From the NCBI GenBank assembly GCA_034406555.1, contig DASCRM010000077.1, positions 10,911-74,910 on the forward strand: DNA of 64,000 nt, in the 5' to 3' direction. A program made the translations under genes and the position numbers. Below, piece by piece: positions 41,946 to 51,786 of this stretch; the first letter of the stretch is position 1, and each line of letters begins with the position of its first letter. Origin of the DNA: Dehalococcoidia bacterium (GTDB lineage: Bacteria > Chloroflexota > Dehalococcoidia > UBA2979). A model generated the notes under the pieces. The model ran no database searches. It was not told the origin of the DNA and was given only the letters and a program-made list of their open reading frames with translations.

Positions 41946-42030
41946 GAGGGGTGCGGGGGCGAAGCCCTCGCGAATCCAAGGGCGGGTGGAGGGGCGCCAT
42001 CCAGAAAACACAGCGCGACGAAGCCGCGGC
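41946..42030. repeat. Copy C of the GC-rich repeat family ('gaggggtgcgggggcgaagccctcgcgaatccaagggcgggtggaggggcgccatccagaaaacacagcgcgacgaagccgcg')
   Basis: Near position-by-position match to copy A, seen directly in the sequence. It lies in the spacer between convergent genes. Confidence 0.55.
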
Positions 42031-42385
42031 CCAATTCCCCTCGCCGCTCGGCAACAGCGAACGATCTAGACTGAGATACCCCTCTTCGCAGGCAGGAACG
42101 GACCAGCGCCGCATGCAGACCGAAGGCACGGCGACGCGATCCGGACCCGCCGCCGTGCTGCTCCGACTCGCGAGGCGGGCGGCGACGCGCGAGACCGCTG
42201 CGGTCGCCGCCCTGAGCCTGATGCCGGCCCTGCTGTACCTCCCGTTCCTCAACGAACCGCTGTTCGGCGACCGGCGCGCCATCGAAGCGCACGACGCCGT
42301 AGATCCCGCACATCGCGCTTCGCGCGCCCCTCGTTACTGAACAAGCACGATACGCGGTCGGACGGGAGCAGCCCGGGCGTTGCCG

Positions 42386-43087
42386 CTAGTGCGCCCCGCG
42401 CATCGAGAGCACCGTGAGCGGCGTGCGCGCGAGGATCGCGAGGTCGTGGCCGAGCGAACGCTCTCGGATGTAGCGCAGATCCATCACCACCCAGCGATCC
42501 CACGGAATGTCGCTGCGGCCACTCACCTGCCACGTACAGGTCAGCCCCGGGTTCACGACGAGCCGTTCGGCTTCCGCGTCGGTGTAGCGCGCGACCTCGT
42601 CCGGCAGCGGCGGGCGCGGGCCGACGAGGCTCATCTGCCCGGCCAGTACGTTCACGAACTGCGGGAGCTCATCGAGGGAGAGCCATCGCAGCAGCCGCCT
42701 GAAGAGCAGGCGCCGAGGGTCGTTCGGGGCCTTGAAGGCCGGGCCATCGACGACGTTCAGCGCACCGAGGTCGTCAGCGGCGCGGTCGGCGTGCGCGTGC
42801 ATCGTGCGCAGCTTCAGCATCGGAAACTCCACGCCGAGCAGCCCAACGCGACGCTGCACGTAGAACGGGTTACCTGGCGATTCGAGGAAGATCAGCAGCG
42901 CCGAGAGCAGCGCGACCGGAGCCGAGGCGATCAGCAGCAGCGACGCCAGCACGATGTCGAGCGCGCGCTTTGTGACGTTGTACAGCGCGTGTGGATCGGA
43001 ACGCGGAGCGCCACGGTCAGGCGCAGCGCGCTCAATGTCTCGCCTCTGCTGTTCTCTCGGACAACCACACGGCCTCCAGCCCTCCAC
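42386..43087 (-). CDS. Polyprenyl-phosphate sugar-1-phosphate transferase (bacterial sugar transferase, WbaP/WcaJ C-terminal family)
   Basis: 'KRALDIVLASLLLIASAPV', 'FPMLKLRTM', 'DELPQFVNVLAGQMSLVGPRP'. Confidence 0.8.
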   Translation of the reverse strand: MEGWRPCGCPREQQRRDIERAAPDRGAPRSDPHALYNVTKRALDIVLASLLLIASAPVALLSALLIFLESPGNPFYVQRRVGLLGVEFPMLKLRTMHAHADRAADDLGALNVVDGPAFKAPNDPRRLLFRRLLRWLSLDELPQFVNVLAGQMSLVGPRPPLPDEVARYTDAEAERLVVNPGLTCTWQVSGRSDIPWDRWVVMDLRYIRERSLGHDLAILARTPLTVLSMRGAH

Positions 43088-43203
43088 CTAGCCTAACGAG
43101 TCGCCGCCGCTCGCGTGACACGGGCGATTCCCTAGTCTCCCCACACTGTCAGCTCAGAAGCAGCGCGCAGCGGTGTCCGTGGACGCCAGCTACACTCGAT
43201 ATC

Positions 43204-44208
43204 GTGACTGAACTCCACTTCGGCGAATTCGAACTGATCGACCGCATCGTTGCCCGGCTGGGTGATGCGGCGGCCACCGAGATCCTCATCCCGCCGGGCG
43301 ACGATTCCGCCGCGTGGGCGACCAGCGAGGGTGTCACTGTGGCCTCGATCGATGCGGCCGTGGAGGGCAGCCATTGGCACGCGGGCAGCCCGCTGGACGT
43401 CGCCGGCTGGCGCGCCATCGCGGGCGCGATCTCCGACATCGCCGCGATGGGTGCGGAGGTGCAGCAACTGCTCGTCGCCACCGTGATCGGCGCGGATGTG
43501 ACGGTCGAGGCGCTCGATGCGCTGATCCACGGTATGGCGGATGCCTGCCGCTGCCACGGCACACGTATCGCCGGAGGCGACATCGTGCGCGGCCCGCAGA
43601 TCGCGATCACCGTGACCGTGATCGGCCACTCGCCACACGCCGACCGCCTGCTGCGTCGGGACGCGGCGAGGCCCGGCGACGCGATCGCGGTCTCCGGCAC
43701 GCCGGGTGCCTCCGCGGGCGGCTTCGCGCTGCTCGGCACGGAGCGCGAGGACGATGCCGCAGTGGCCTCCCTGCTCACGGCGCACCGCCGCCCCGTCGCG
43801 CGGCTCGCACTCGGCCGTGCGGCCGTCGATGCGCGCATTCGCAGCGCGATCGACATCTCGGACGGACTGTTGCAGGATCTCGGCCACATCGCCGAGCGCT
43901 CCGGCGTGGGCATCGAAATCGACCTCGCCTCGCTGCCACTGGATCCGGCTGCGATCGAGACGTTCGGCGAGCAGGAGGCGCGCGATATGGCGCTGGGTGG
44001 TGGCGAGGACTACGAGCTAGCGCTCGCCGGCCCCGCCGACGCGCTCGCGACCCTCGCCGCCGAGGATGTCCCCGTCACCGTGGTCGGCCGCGTCGTCGCC
44101 GAGCACGTCGGCGAGGCGTGGGCGATCGCCGAGGATGGCACCCGCTACGAGCCCCCCACCGCGGGCTGGGACCAGCTCCGCTCCAACGACTCGAACGACG
44201 CGCGATGA
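43204..44208 (+). CDS. thiL: Thiamine-monophosphate kinase
   Basis: AIR-synthase-related fold motifs are present ('GDDSAAW', 'DIAAMGAE', 'VSGTPGASAGG'). GTG start. The ORF-table extension upstream is non-coding. Confidence 0.8.
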   Translation: MTELHFGEFELIDRIVARLGDAAATEILIPPGDDSAAWATSEGVTVASIDAAVEGSHWHAGSPLDVAGWRAIAGAISDIAAMGAEVQQLLVATVIGADVTVEALDALIHGMADACRCHGTRIAGGDIVRGPQIAITVTVIGHSPHADRLLRRDAARPGDAIAVSGTPGASAGGFALLGTEREDDAAVASLLTAHRRPVARLALGRAAVDARIRSAIDISDGLLQDLGHIAERSGVGIEIDLASLPLDPAAIETFGEQEARDMALGGGEDYELALAGPADALATLAAEDVPVTVVGRVVAEHVGEAWAIAEDGTRYEPPTAGWDQLRSNDSNDAR

Positions 44209-44687
44209 CGATCGCCAACCGCCTCGCGACGACCTCCACGGGTGTCGCGCGCACACGCGCGCTCGGGCGGCGGTTGGCCAAGCTGCTGCGCGCGGGAGAC
44301 ATCGCGCTGCTGCAGGGACCACTCGGTGCCGGCAAGACCGCGTTCGCGCAGGGTGTCGGCGCCGGGCTGAAGGTCGAGGGGCAGGTCACCAGCCCCACCT
44401 TCGTGCTGATGGCGCGGCATGACGGCGGTTCGCTGCCGCTCTTCCACGCCGACCTCTACCGCCTGACCGCGAGCGAGGAGGTCGCGGAACTCGAGTTGGC
44501 CGAACAGGCGGCTGAGGGGGTGCTCCTCGTCGAATGGCCCGAACTCGGCCTCGATGCCCTGCCGAACGAGCATCTTCTGGTCGCGATCGAGCCGGTTGAG
44601 GACGCACCAGACGAGCGCCGCATCACTTTCGTCGCCAACGGCGAGCGCTATCAACGGGTGCTGGATGGGCTGGCCGGGCGTGTCTGA
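44205..44687 (+). CDS. tsaE: tRNA threonylcarbamoyladenosine biosynthesis protein TsaE
   Basis: 'ALLQGPLGAGKTAFAQGV', 'TSPTFVLM', 'LFHADLYRL'. The ATGA overlap with the thiL stop suggests translational coupling. Confidence 0.85.
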   Translation: MTIANRLATTSTGVARTRALGRRLAKLLRAGDIALLQGPLGAGKTAFAQGVGAGLKVEGQVTSPTFVLMARHDGGSLPLFHADLYRLTASEEVAELELAEQAAEGVLLVEWPELGLDALPNEHLLVAIEPVEDAPDERRITFVANGERYQRVLDGLAGRV

Positions 44688-44703
44688 GCGCACCCCGCCC
44701 GAA

Positions 44704-45399
44704 GTGGCTCCTGCCCTGGCCATCGACAGTGCCTCGCCCGAGGCCGGGGTCGCGGTGTTGCGTGGCGACGAGCTAGTCGCCGAGCGCCAGTGGACGCTGG
44801 AGACGACGTTCTCGCTGGAGCTGCTCGCTGCGATCGACGGGGTGCTGGCCGACGCGGGCGTGACGAAGGACGAGTTGGCCGCGATCGTGGTTGCTGTCGG
44901 GCCCGGCGGCTACAGCGGACTGCGCACCGGCGTCGCGACAGCACAGGGGCTCGCGCTGGCCCTCGATCTCCCGCTCGCCGGGGTGTCGCGGCTGGAGGCG
45001 CAGGCCTACCCGCACCTCGCGCCCGACCGCCCGGTGATCGCCGTGCACGACCCCGGCCGAGGCCAGATCGCCTGGGCTGCCTACGCGCAGGGTCGCCCGG
45101 CGCCCGAGGTGGTGGTCGCTGCTCGCATCGACAGCGCGGAGCGGTGCGTCGCGCTCGCGCCGCCAGGCGCGCTGTGGTGCGGCGAGCTGACAGACGAGCT
45201 CCGCGCCGCGCTCGATGCCGCACTGGCAGCCGCCGGTCGCGCTGCCGAGGCCGAGCCACCGGCCGACAACTCTCGACGCGCCGCCGACCTCGTACGGCTC
45301 GCCCGGCTGCACGACGCCTACGGCGACCCCGCGGAGGTGGACGTCGTCTACCTGCGCCCGCCGAACATCACCAAACCCCGCGCGGAAGCGAAGCCCTGA
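44704..45399 (+). CDS. tsaB: tRNA threonylcarbamoyladenosine biosynthesis protein TsaB
   Basis: '[16 protein letters not shown]', '[25 protein letters not shown]'. Confidence 0.8.
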   Translation: MAPALAIDSASPEAGVAVLRGDELVAERQWTLETTFSLELLAAIDGVLADAGVTKDELAAIVVAVGPGGYSGLRTGVATAQGLALALDLPLAGVSRLEAQAYPHLAPDRPVIAVHDPGRGQIAWAAYAQGRPAPEVVVAARIDSAERCVALAPPGALWCGELTDELRAALDAALAAAGRAAEAEPPADNSRRAADLVRLARLHDAYGDPAEVDVVYLRPPNITKPRAEAKP

Positions 45400-45454
45400 C
45401 GCTATCGCTCGTCCGAAATACACTGCCACCGGCACGCAGCCCACGGAGGCACCA

Positions 45455-45910
45455 ATGGAACGCACTCTCATCCTCGTCAAGCCGGATGCCGTACAGCGCG
45501 GACTGGCCGGCGAGGTCATCAGCCGCTTCGAACGTCGCGGCCTGCGCATCGTCGGGCTGCGCCTGCTGCACGTCGATGAGGCGCTCGCTCGCCGCCATTA
45601 CGAGGAGCACGAGGGCAAGCCGTTCTTCGATGGGCTCGTCGCCTTCATCACCAGCTCACCGCTGATCGCCGCCGTGCTCGAAGGCCCGAACGTGATCGCC
45701 GCCGCCCGCCAGAGCATGGGCGCGACCGACCCCAAGCAGGCGGCCCCCGGCACGATCCGAGGCGACTTCGGCATCGACCTCGGCCTCAACCTCGTCCATG
45801 GCTCCGACAGCCCGGAGAGCGCCGAGCGCGAGATCGGGCTCTTCTTCGAGGGTCTACCGCTGCTCGAATGGGAGCGCGACAGCGAGCGCTGGAGCTTCGA
45901 AGACGAGTAG
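45455..45910 (+). CDS. ndk: Nucleoside diphosphate kinase
   Basis: '[17 protein letters not shown]', '[15 protein letters not shown]', 'GTIRGDFG', 'NLVHGSDS'. Confidence 0.9.
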   Translation: MERTLILVKPDAVQRGLAGEVISRFERRGLRIVGLRLLHVDEALARRHYEEHEGKPFFDGLVAFITSSPLIAAVLEGPNVIAAARQSMGATDPKQAAPGTIRGDFGIDLGLNLVHGSDSPESAEREIGLFFEGLPLLEWERDSERWSFEDE

Positions 45911-45920
45911 AAGGCACAGC

Positions 45921-45936
45921 CGCGGCGCAAGCCGCG
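45921..45936 (+). terminator. Hairpin 'cgcggcgcaagccgcg' between convergent ndk and rsfS
   Basis: 6-bp GC stem with GCAA loop seen in the sequence. Confidence 0.35.
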
Positions 45937-45949
45937 TCTACTTCAGCCC

Positions 45950-46270
45950 CTACTGGATGCGCACGACCTCGCGAGCGCTGCTCCACAACCCTTCGAGGTT
46001 GTAGTACGCACGCCGCTCCAGCGAGAACAGGTGCACGATCAGCTCGCCGACGTCGAAGAGCATCCAGCCCGACTCGACCGTGCCCTCCTCCTGCGCCTTC
46101 ACACCAGGCGCGACGCGGGCGAGCTCCTTGCTCAGGGCGTCGATCAGCGCGCGCATCTGCCGCACGTTGTCGATCGTCGCCACGACGAAGTAGCCGGTGA
46201 AGGCATCGATCACCGTGAGATCGAGCAGCACGACGTCAGCGGCCTGCCCATCTGCCAGCACATCGACCAC
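45950..46270 (-). CDS. rsfS: Ribosome silencing factor RsfS (Iojap family)
   Basis: '[35 protein letters not shown]'. The N-terminus may extend a few codons upstream with no canonical start. Confidence 0.8.
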   Translation of the reverse strand: MVDVLADGQAADVVLLDLTVIDAFTGYFVVATIDNVRQMRALIDALSKELARVAPGVKAQEEGTVESGWMLFDVGELIVHLFSLERRAYYNLEGLWSSAREVVRIQ

Positions 46271-46429
46271 GTATTGCGCGAGTTCTTGACCTCGCAGCGC
46301 GCCCTCCTCGGTACGACCGGCGGCGGCTCACACGGCCGGTCGGCAGGCGAAGTATATCAACGCGCTCGGTTACAGCCGGCAGAGAGGTGGACTCGATCAC
46401 GTACACCACGGCCGCTCTACAATGAGCGC

Positions 46430-47602
46430 ATGACCGGAAGCTCTTCCGCCTCGCCTGCCACGCCAACCCGCGTGCTCGTCGCCATGTCGGGCGGCGTCGA
46501 CTCCGCCGTCGCGGCCGCGCTGCTGCACGAGCAGGACTACGACGTGATTGGCGTGACGCTGCGGCTCTACACCGAGCCGGACGAGAGCGTGCTGCGCTCC
46601 CGTCGCGCATGCTGTGGCATCGAGGACATCGCAGACGCGCGCGCCGCCGCCCAGCGCATCGGTATCCCGCACTACGTGCTGAACATGGAGCAGCAGTTCG
46701 AGCGCGACGTGATCGGGTACTTCGTCGACGAGTACGCGGCCGGTCGCACTCCCAACCCCTGCCTGGCCTGCAACCAGCACGTGAAGTTCTCCACCCTGCT
46801 CGACCGCACCGTCGCAATGGGCTGCGAGATGTTGGCCACCGGCCACTACGCCCGCATCGAGCGCGACGGCGAGGCTGCCGAGGGGGACAACACGGCGCGC
46901 CTACTCGCCGCGATCGACGAGCAGAAGGACCAGTCCTACGTCCTCTACATGCTGGACCAGCAGGCGCTGGCGCGGACGCTCTTCCCGCTGGGCGCGATCG
47001 ATAAGAGCGAGACGCGGCGCATGGCCGCGGGCCTCGGACTGGCGGTGGCCGACAAGCCGGACTCCGCCGACATCTGCTTCGTCCCCGGCGGCGACTACCG
47101 GTCGCTGTTGCGCGACCGCGGCGTCGACGACCGCCCTGGCGAGATCGTGAACGTCGAGGGCGCGACCGTCGGCAGCCACGACGGCGTAGCGGGCTACACC
47201 GTCGGCCAGCGCCGCGGCCTTGGCCTCGGCGGCGGGCAGCGGCGCTTCGTGACGGGCATCGACGCGGACGCAAACCGCGTGATCGTCGGCGGGGAGCATA
47301 ACCTCATGCGCGACAGCCTCCGGGCCTCCGACTCACACTGGGTCGGGGCACCTCCGCAGCTCGGCGAGCCCCTCTCTGCGCGCATCCGCCACCACGCCGA
47401 ACCGGTCCCCGCGCGGGTGAGCGCGATCGACGGCTCCAGCTTCGAGCTCCAGTTCGAGACGCCCGTACGCGCCGTCGCTCCCGGTCAGGCGGCTGTGCTC
47501 TATCGGGGCGGCGAGGTTGTGGGCGGTGGCACGATCGAACCAGCCGCCTCCCTGACTACTGACCCGGCCATCGCGAGCGCCGCGACGGCGGACCGCGTTT
47601 GA
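46430..47602 (+). CDS. mnmA: tRNA-specific 2-thiouridylase MnmA
   Basis: PP-loop '[13 protein letters not shown]', '[12 protein letters not shown]', 'QSYVLYML'. The ATG is at 46430; the ORF-table 5' extension is antisense to rsfS. Confidence 0.9.
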   Translation: MTGSSSASPATPTRVLVAMSGGVDSAVAAALLHEQDYDVIGVTLRLYTEPDESVLRSRRACCGIEDIADARAAAQRIGIPHYVLNMEQQFERDVIGYFVDEYAAGRTPNPCLACNQHVKFSTLLDRTVAMGCEMLATGHYARIERDGEAAEGDNTARLLAAIDEQKDQSYVLYMLDQQALARTLFPLGAIDKSETRRMAAGLGLAVADKPDSADICFVPGGDYRSLLRDRGVDDRPGEIVNVEGATVGSHDGVAGYTVGQRRGLGLGGGQRRFVTGIDADANRVIVGGEHNLMRDSLRASDSHWVGAPPQLGEPLSARIRHHAEPVPARVSAIDGSSFELQFETPVRAVAPGQAAVLYRGGEVVGGGTIEPAASLTTDPAIASAATADRV

Positions 47603-47675
47603 GGCGCACATGCGCGACCGGTACGATGTTTGCGACGCGATCGTCAGCTGACGGTGCTCGCGACACGACGGCAGG

Positions 47676-48077
47676 TTGCTGATGCGGTACGCGGTCCTCG
47701 GATTCTTCGTCTTCGCGACGCTGATCGCGATCGGTATCGCCGCCTACATCCAGTTCGACTTCACGCTCGCAGAGATCCGCGATGTGGTGATCGTCATCTT
47801 CGGCCTGCTCGCCGTTCTGCTCCTGATCATCATGGTCGTGACCCTGCTGGCACTGCTGGTCGCGGTCCGACTGGCCACCAGCGCGCTAGGCGAGCTGCGA
47901 CGCGAGAGGGTTCAGCCCGCGCTCGATAACCTGCGTGCCAGCGCGAAAAACGTACGAGGTGCGACGGAGTTCATGGCCGACTCCGCCGTCCATCCGGTGA
48001 TCCGCGCCGTCTCGGTCACGCGCGGCATCCGACGTGGCATCGGGCTCGTGACCGGCATCGGCCGGAAGCGCGAGTGA
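47676..48077 (+). CDS. Hypothetical membrane protein (two N-terminal TM helices)
   Basis: 'VLGFFVFATLIAIGIAAYI', 'VIVIFGLLAVLLLIIMVVTLLALLVAV'. Confidence 0.5.
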   Translation: MLMRYAVLGFFVFATLIAIGIAAYIQFDFTLAEIRDVVIVIFGLLAVLLLIIMVVTLLALLVAVRLATSALGELRRERVQPALDNLRASAKNVRGATEFMADSAVHPVIRAVSVTRGIRRGIGLVTGIGRKRE

Positions 48078-48373
48078 AGGTCCTTACGCTCCTCAGATTC
48101 GCCACCGGCGCTGCAGCAGGTTTCGCCGGCGCGCGCACGCTGATCTCACGCGAACAACTCCCGCAGGAGATCCCGTCCACCGTCCGTGAGCCGCTGGAAC
48201 GGGCAAGCGCGAAGCTGCGTGCCGCACGCACCGGCGCTACCAGTGTCCTCGTAGAGGTGGAACGCGCTCGCGCCGCCGCCGAGCAGGAACTGACTGTCGA
48301 CTACCTCCAGCGGCAGGGCCGCGCGGAGCCGTCCGATGAGGCGACAGACGAGCCCGAAGCACTCGAGGCCTGA
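48074..48373 (+). CDS. Hypothetical protein (99 aa), overlapping-start partner of the preceding membrane protein
   Basis: Overlaps the upstream stop. Possible N-terminal TM segment, then a charged tail. Confidence 0.4.
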   Translation: MKVLTLLRFATGAAAGFAGARTLISREQLPQEIPSTVREPLERASAKLRAARTGATSVLVEVERARAAAEQELTVDYLQRQGRAEPSDEATDEPEALEA

Positions 48374-48528
48374 GCCCGGCAGACCTCGCTGCTTCGCCTT
48401 CTAATACCTGCCACACCCCTTCGTCCTGGCCGATCGAGCGGCCGGATCGGCCGGAACGGGGAGGCGTCAGGGCAATCCCCGACCCTCGCCACTGTCTCAC
48501 CCCGCGACCCCTCCCTATACTTCACGAC

Positions 48529-48614
48529 GGAGGGGTGTCCGAGTGGTTTAAGGTGCCGCTCTCGAAAAGCGGTAGACGAAAGTCTCGTGGGTTCGAATCC
48601 CACCCCCTCCGCCA
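48529..48614 (+). tRNA. tRNA-Ser (anticodon CGA), long variable arm, encoded CCA
   Basis: 'GGAGGGGTGTCCGAGTGGTTTAAGGTGCCGCTCTCGAAAAGCGGTAGACGAAAGTCTCGTGGGTTCGAATCCCACCCCCTCCGCCA'. A promoter-like 'TATACT' sits ~8 nt upstream. Confidence 0.85.
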
Positions 48615-48635
48615 TCGCAAGACACCCAGCTATTC

Positions 48636-48727
48636 GGAGAGGTGCCGGAGTGGCTTATCGGGCTCGCCTGGAAAGCGTGTAGAGGGGTCAAACCCTCTCG
48701 TGGGTTCGAATCCCACCCTCTCCGCCA
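48636..48727 (+). tRNA. tRNA-Ser (anticodon GGA), long variable arm, encoded CCA
   Basis: 'GGAGAGGTGCCGGAGTGGCTTATCGGGCTCGCCTGGAAAGCGTGTAGAGGGGTCAAACCCTCTCGTGGGTTCGAATCCCACCCTCTCCGCCA'. There is one U-U mismatch in the anticodon stem. Confidence 0.75.
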
Positions 48728-48736
48728 CTCAACCCA

Positions 48737-49723
48737 TCAATCGCGCGACGTCCCATCGAGCACCGCCACCAGGGCGCGTTCCAGTTCGCCGCGCGTCACG
48801 AAGGCCTCGAAACGCGCCGCCACGAGACCGTCCGCGCCGACGATGAATGTCCACTCGTCGCTCTCGATGCCCCACTGCTCGAGGATCGGCGTGCGTACGG
48901 CGTTGTCCAGGTCGCCTTTGATCTCGTGCGGGTTCTCGTAGAGATCGATGTGCGTGAAGTCCACGCGGTCGCCGTAGAGCAACGCCAGCTCCACGACCAC
49001 CTCCACCTGCGGTCCGCAGAGCGCATTCGTGCAGAACGCCGGGCTGGCGAAAACGACCACCAGCGGCCGGTCGGCCGCCAGCGAGGCCGCGATGCTGCGC
49101 TGGTAGAGCGCGGGGTCCGGCTCATGCCCCGTCGTCAGCTCGGCCAGCGTGACGACATCGGCCTGCGTGCGGCTCTCCGTCCGCGGGGCCGGGTCGCCGA
49201 CGGCCGGGGCGAGTGTCTGCTCCGCCACCGGGAAGGCGAACGCGACCGTCGCCGCGGTGCCATCCGGCTGCGGGAGCAGGACGTCCAGTTCCCACGTCCC
49301 GGCGCGGTCGAATGAGAGCTCCGTGCTGAAGATCCCGCGCACGCCGAATGGGAACTCATAAAAGATCGCGCGCGCCTCCTCCACCGGCCCCTCGCGTACG
49401 CCCTCGTCACCGTCCGGCCGGAAGTACGAAGCCACTCGCACGATCGGCAGACGCACGAGGCCGTTCTCATCGCTCAGCGCGAAGGCGACGCGGTGCCGCC
49501 CGACGCCGAGGTCCGGCGTGCCGAGCACCGTGCGGATGCCGGTCGCCTCGTCGGTGTACTGCGGGTACGCGGCGAGGAAGGGGTCGACCGCGCCCTCGCT
49601 GCCCGCCGTGGCGACACCCCGGTCGTCGAGCGGGTTCGTCGGCGGCGGCGCGGTCGAGGAGCTGCAGGCGACGGCCAGTGAGGCGACGAGGGCAGCGAGC
49701 GGAGCAATCCAGCGCATGGCCAC
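48737..49723 (-). CDS. Lipoprotein with thioredoxin-like C-terminal domain (C-x4-C 'FASPAFCTNALCGP'), paralog of 30202-31245
   Basis: Lipobox 'LAVACSS'. Shares the conserved C-terminal block with the 30202 gene. Confidence 0.5.
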   Translation of the reverse strand: MAMRWIAPLAALVASLAVACSSSTAPPPTNPLDDRGVATAGSEGAVDPFLAAYPQYTDEATGIRTVLGTPDLGVGRHRVAFALSDENGLVRLPIVRVASYFRPDGDEGVREGPVEEARAIFYEFPFGVRGIFSTELSFDRAGTWELDVLLPQPDGTAATVAFAFPVAEQTLAPAVGDPAPRTESRTQADVVTLAELTTGHEPDPALYQRSIAASLAADRPLVVVFASPAFCTNALCGPQVEVVVELALLYGDRVDFTHIDLYENPHEIKGDLDNAVRTPILEQWGIESDEWTFIVGADGLVAARFEAFVTRGELERALVAVLDGTSRD

Positions 49724-49729
49724 GGCTGC

Positions 49730-50875
49730 CTACGGCCCTTCGGTGTAGACACCGAACGTGAAGGCGAAGACGCCGAAGCCGTCCGAGTTCGAACGCAGCT
49801 TAGATTCATGTTCGCCGGCGGCCGGCAGCTCCACGATCGCGTAGAGCCGGGCCTGATCTGCCCGGAAGAAGCTGTTGGCGTCCGAGTCGAAGAGGATGTC
49901 CGCGCCGGCCTCGTCGATCTTCAGCGGGCGTCCGTCGATCTCGACGCGCACATCGAAGGCCTCGCCCGGGGGATCGAGTACCACATTCACGCTGCTCGCC
50001 TCGAAGGTCAGCGCGAGATAGTCCTCGAAACCCACCGTGACGCGGTCATGAACGATCGCCTCCGCCGCCTTCAGCCACTGGCCCTTGAGGTACCAGCGTC
50101 CGTTCACGTGCTCCACGTCATCGCGATAGAGGAAGGAGCGGTCGGGGCCGTCGTAGTACTCGATCTGCCCCGCGTAGACACCGGACTGCGTGTAGTTGCG
50201 CTCGTAGCCCCCGTACAACTCGCGCGTCGACCGCACGGCCGCCGGGTCGCGCTGCTGGCGATCGACGGTGCCGAGCGCGATACCGCTCAGATCCCAGCCG
50301 GCCTCCGTCAGCACCAATCGGATTTCCTGCTCTGTCGTCACGTAGTCGCCCTCGCCGAAGTGTTGATAGCGCAGGCGGCCATCGACGCCGATCAGGTACT
50401 TAGCCGGCCAGAAGCGGTTGTTGAACGCTCGCCAGGTGTCGAAATCGTTGTCTTGCACGACCGCGTAGTCGAGGCCGTGTTCAGCCATCGCGGCGACGAC
50501 GTTGTCGCGATTCTTCTCGAAGTCGAACTCCAGTGTGTGGACGCCGATGATCGTGAGCCCGCGATCGGCGTACTTCTCGTGCCACTCACGGACAAACGGG
50601 AGTGTGCGAATGCAGTTCACGCAGGTGTAGGTCCAGAAGTCGATCAGCACGACCCGGCGCTCTGCGATCAGCCCGGCGATCGTCAGCGGTTCGCTGTTGA
50701 TCCAGCTCCCGCGGGGCACCAGCTCCCGCCACGGCTCGCCTGCCGCGCCTCCGCTCGCCACCACCGTTGAGGCGGCGCCCGCATCGCTCTCCGTCGCCGC
50801 CGATGGCTGCGCGTCCGAGCAGGCGACGACCAGCAACGCGGCGATCGAGAGGGCGAGGACGGCGAGCCGGGACAT
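49730..50875 (-). CDS. TlpA/ResA-like thiol-disulfide oxidoreductase lipoprotein (redoxin domain) with additional C-terminal domain
   Basis: Lipobox 'LLVVACSD', CxxC 'WTYTCVNCIRTLP'. Confidence 0.7.
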   Translation of the reverse strand: MSRLAVLALSIAALLVVACSDAQPSAATESDAGAASTVVASGGAAGEPWRELVPRGSWINSEPLTIAGLIAERRVVLIDFWTYTCVNCIRTLPFVREWHEKYADRGLTIIGVHTLEFDFEKNRDNVVAAMAEHGLDYAVVQDNDFDTWRAFNNRFWPAKYLIGVDGRLRYQHFGEGDYVTTEQEIRLVLTEAGWDLSGIALGTVDRQQRDPAAVRSTRELYGGYERNYTQSGVYAGQIEYYDGPDRSFLYRDDVEHVNGRWYLKGQWLKAAEAIVHDRVTVGFEDYLALTFEASSVNVVLDPPGEAFDVRVEIDGRPLKIDEAGADILFDSDANSFFRADQARLYAIVELPAAGEHESKLRSNSDGFGVFAFTFGVYTEGP

Positions 50876-50949
50876 GATCCCAACGTAGCAGCGGCGCGTG
50901 CGTAACGTGTTAGAGGACGCTTAATGGTGGCCACGACGCAGTGCGGCGG

Positions 50950-51786
50950 CTAGATGCGCTCCGCACGAACAACCGTGCGGTCGAAGTAGCTCTTGGTATT
51001 GAAGTCGAACTTGCCGCCGCAGGTGTAGAGCGTGATGCTATCGACGGCGACCTCGCTGCTGAAGATCTCCGCCCATTCGTTGCTCGTGGCGGGAATCTGG
51101 CGCCGCCAGACAACCGCGTAACGCAGCGTCTGCCCATCGACTTCGACCTCGATCACATCGCCGGGCGACAGCAGGTCAACAGCGAAGAAGACGCCGCGCC
51201 CGCGGAACTGGGAGTCGGCATATGCCACGTACGCCGCGTAGTCGACATGGCCGGAGAAGATCGCGTTCTTGCCCTCACCCGGCCGCCCACCGAGCGTTCC
51301 CCACTCGCTGAGGTCATACCAGACGACATCGGCGGGGCCGGTCGGGTTCGTCATCACGGTCGACCCGCTCCCGACCGTGCGAGAGCCAACGGGCGCATCG
51401 ACGCCGATCGAGGGGATGCGGAACCGTCCGTAGGTGGAGGCCGGGGGGTCGCCGTGCAGCGCGGCCAGATCGGCGATCGACCGGATCGTCTCAGGCACCG
51501 CGTCGGGCGTCGGCGAAGGGGTTGGCGTTGCGGTCTCGGTCGGGGTAGCGGTCGGTGACGGCGTTGGCGGCGGCGAGGGTGTGGGCGTCGGTGACGGCGT
51601 TGCGGTCGCAGCGACGATCGAGACTGGCGAGGGCGCTGGCTCGCTGCCTGCCCCGGCAAGCGCAACCGCTCCGACCAGGACGCCAACCGCGACGCCCAGC
51701 ACGCCCAGCGAAGTGACGCGTACAGGTGTGCGGAGGCTGAGCCACCAGTCAAAAGCCCGCCGCCAAGAGGTGATGCGATTCCGCAT
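50950..51786 (-). CDS. Sortase (class F-like) with Pro/Thr-rich linker
   Basis: N-terminal TM anchor and 'PTPTPSPPPTPSPTATPTETATPTP' linker. Catalytic region 'NAIFSGHVD' ... 'ITLYTCGG' (TLxTC motif). Confidence 0.75.
   Translation of the reverse strand: MRNRITSWRRAFDWWLSLRTPVRVTSLGVLGVAVGVLVGAVALAGAGSEPAPSPVSIVAATATPSPTPTPSPPPTPSPTATPTETATPTPSPTPDAVPETIRSIADLAALHGDPPASTYGRFRIPSIGVDAPVGSRTVGSGSTVMTNPTGPADVVWYDLSEWGTLGGRPGEGKNAIFSGHVDYAAYVAYADSQFRGRGVFFAVDLLSPGDVIEVEVDGQTLRYAVVWRRQIPATSNEWAEIFSSEVAVDSITLYTCGGKFDFNTKSYFDRTVVRAERI

Noticed and set aside
43314-44687. 457-aa plus-strand ORF spanning thiL and tsaE
   Set aside because: Only its last ~160 aa (the tsaE reading frame) is real. The upstream part is an alternative frame of thiL with Arg/Gly-rich junk translation.
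46236-47273. 345-aa minus-strand ORF inside mnmA
   Set aside because: It is antisense to a strongly supported mnmA gene and consists of Arg-rich low-complexity translation.
48390-48420. 8-bp inverted repeat 'ggccgatc-N9-gatcggcc' upstream of the tRNA-Ser pair, as a possible operator
   Set aside because: It is short and GC-rich, so it could arise by chance. There is no associated regulator gene.
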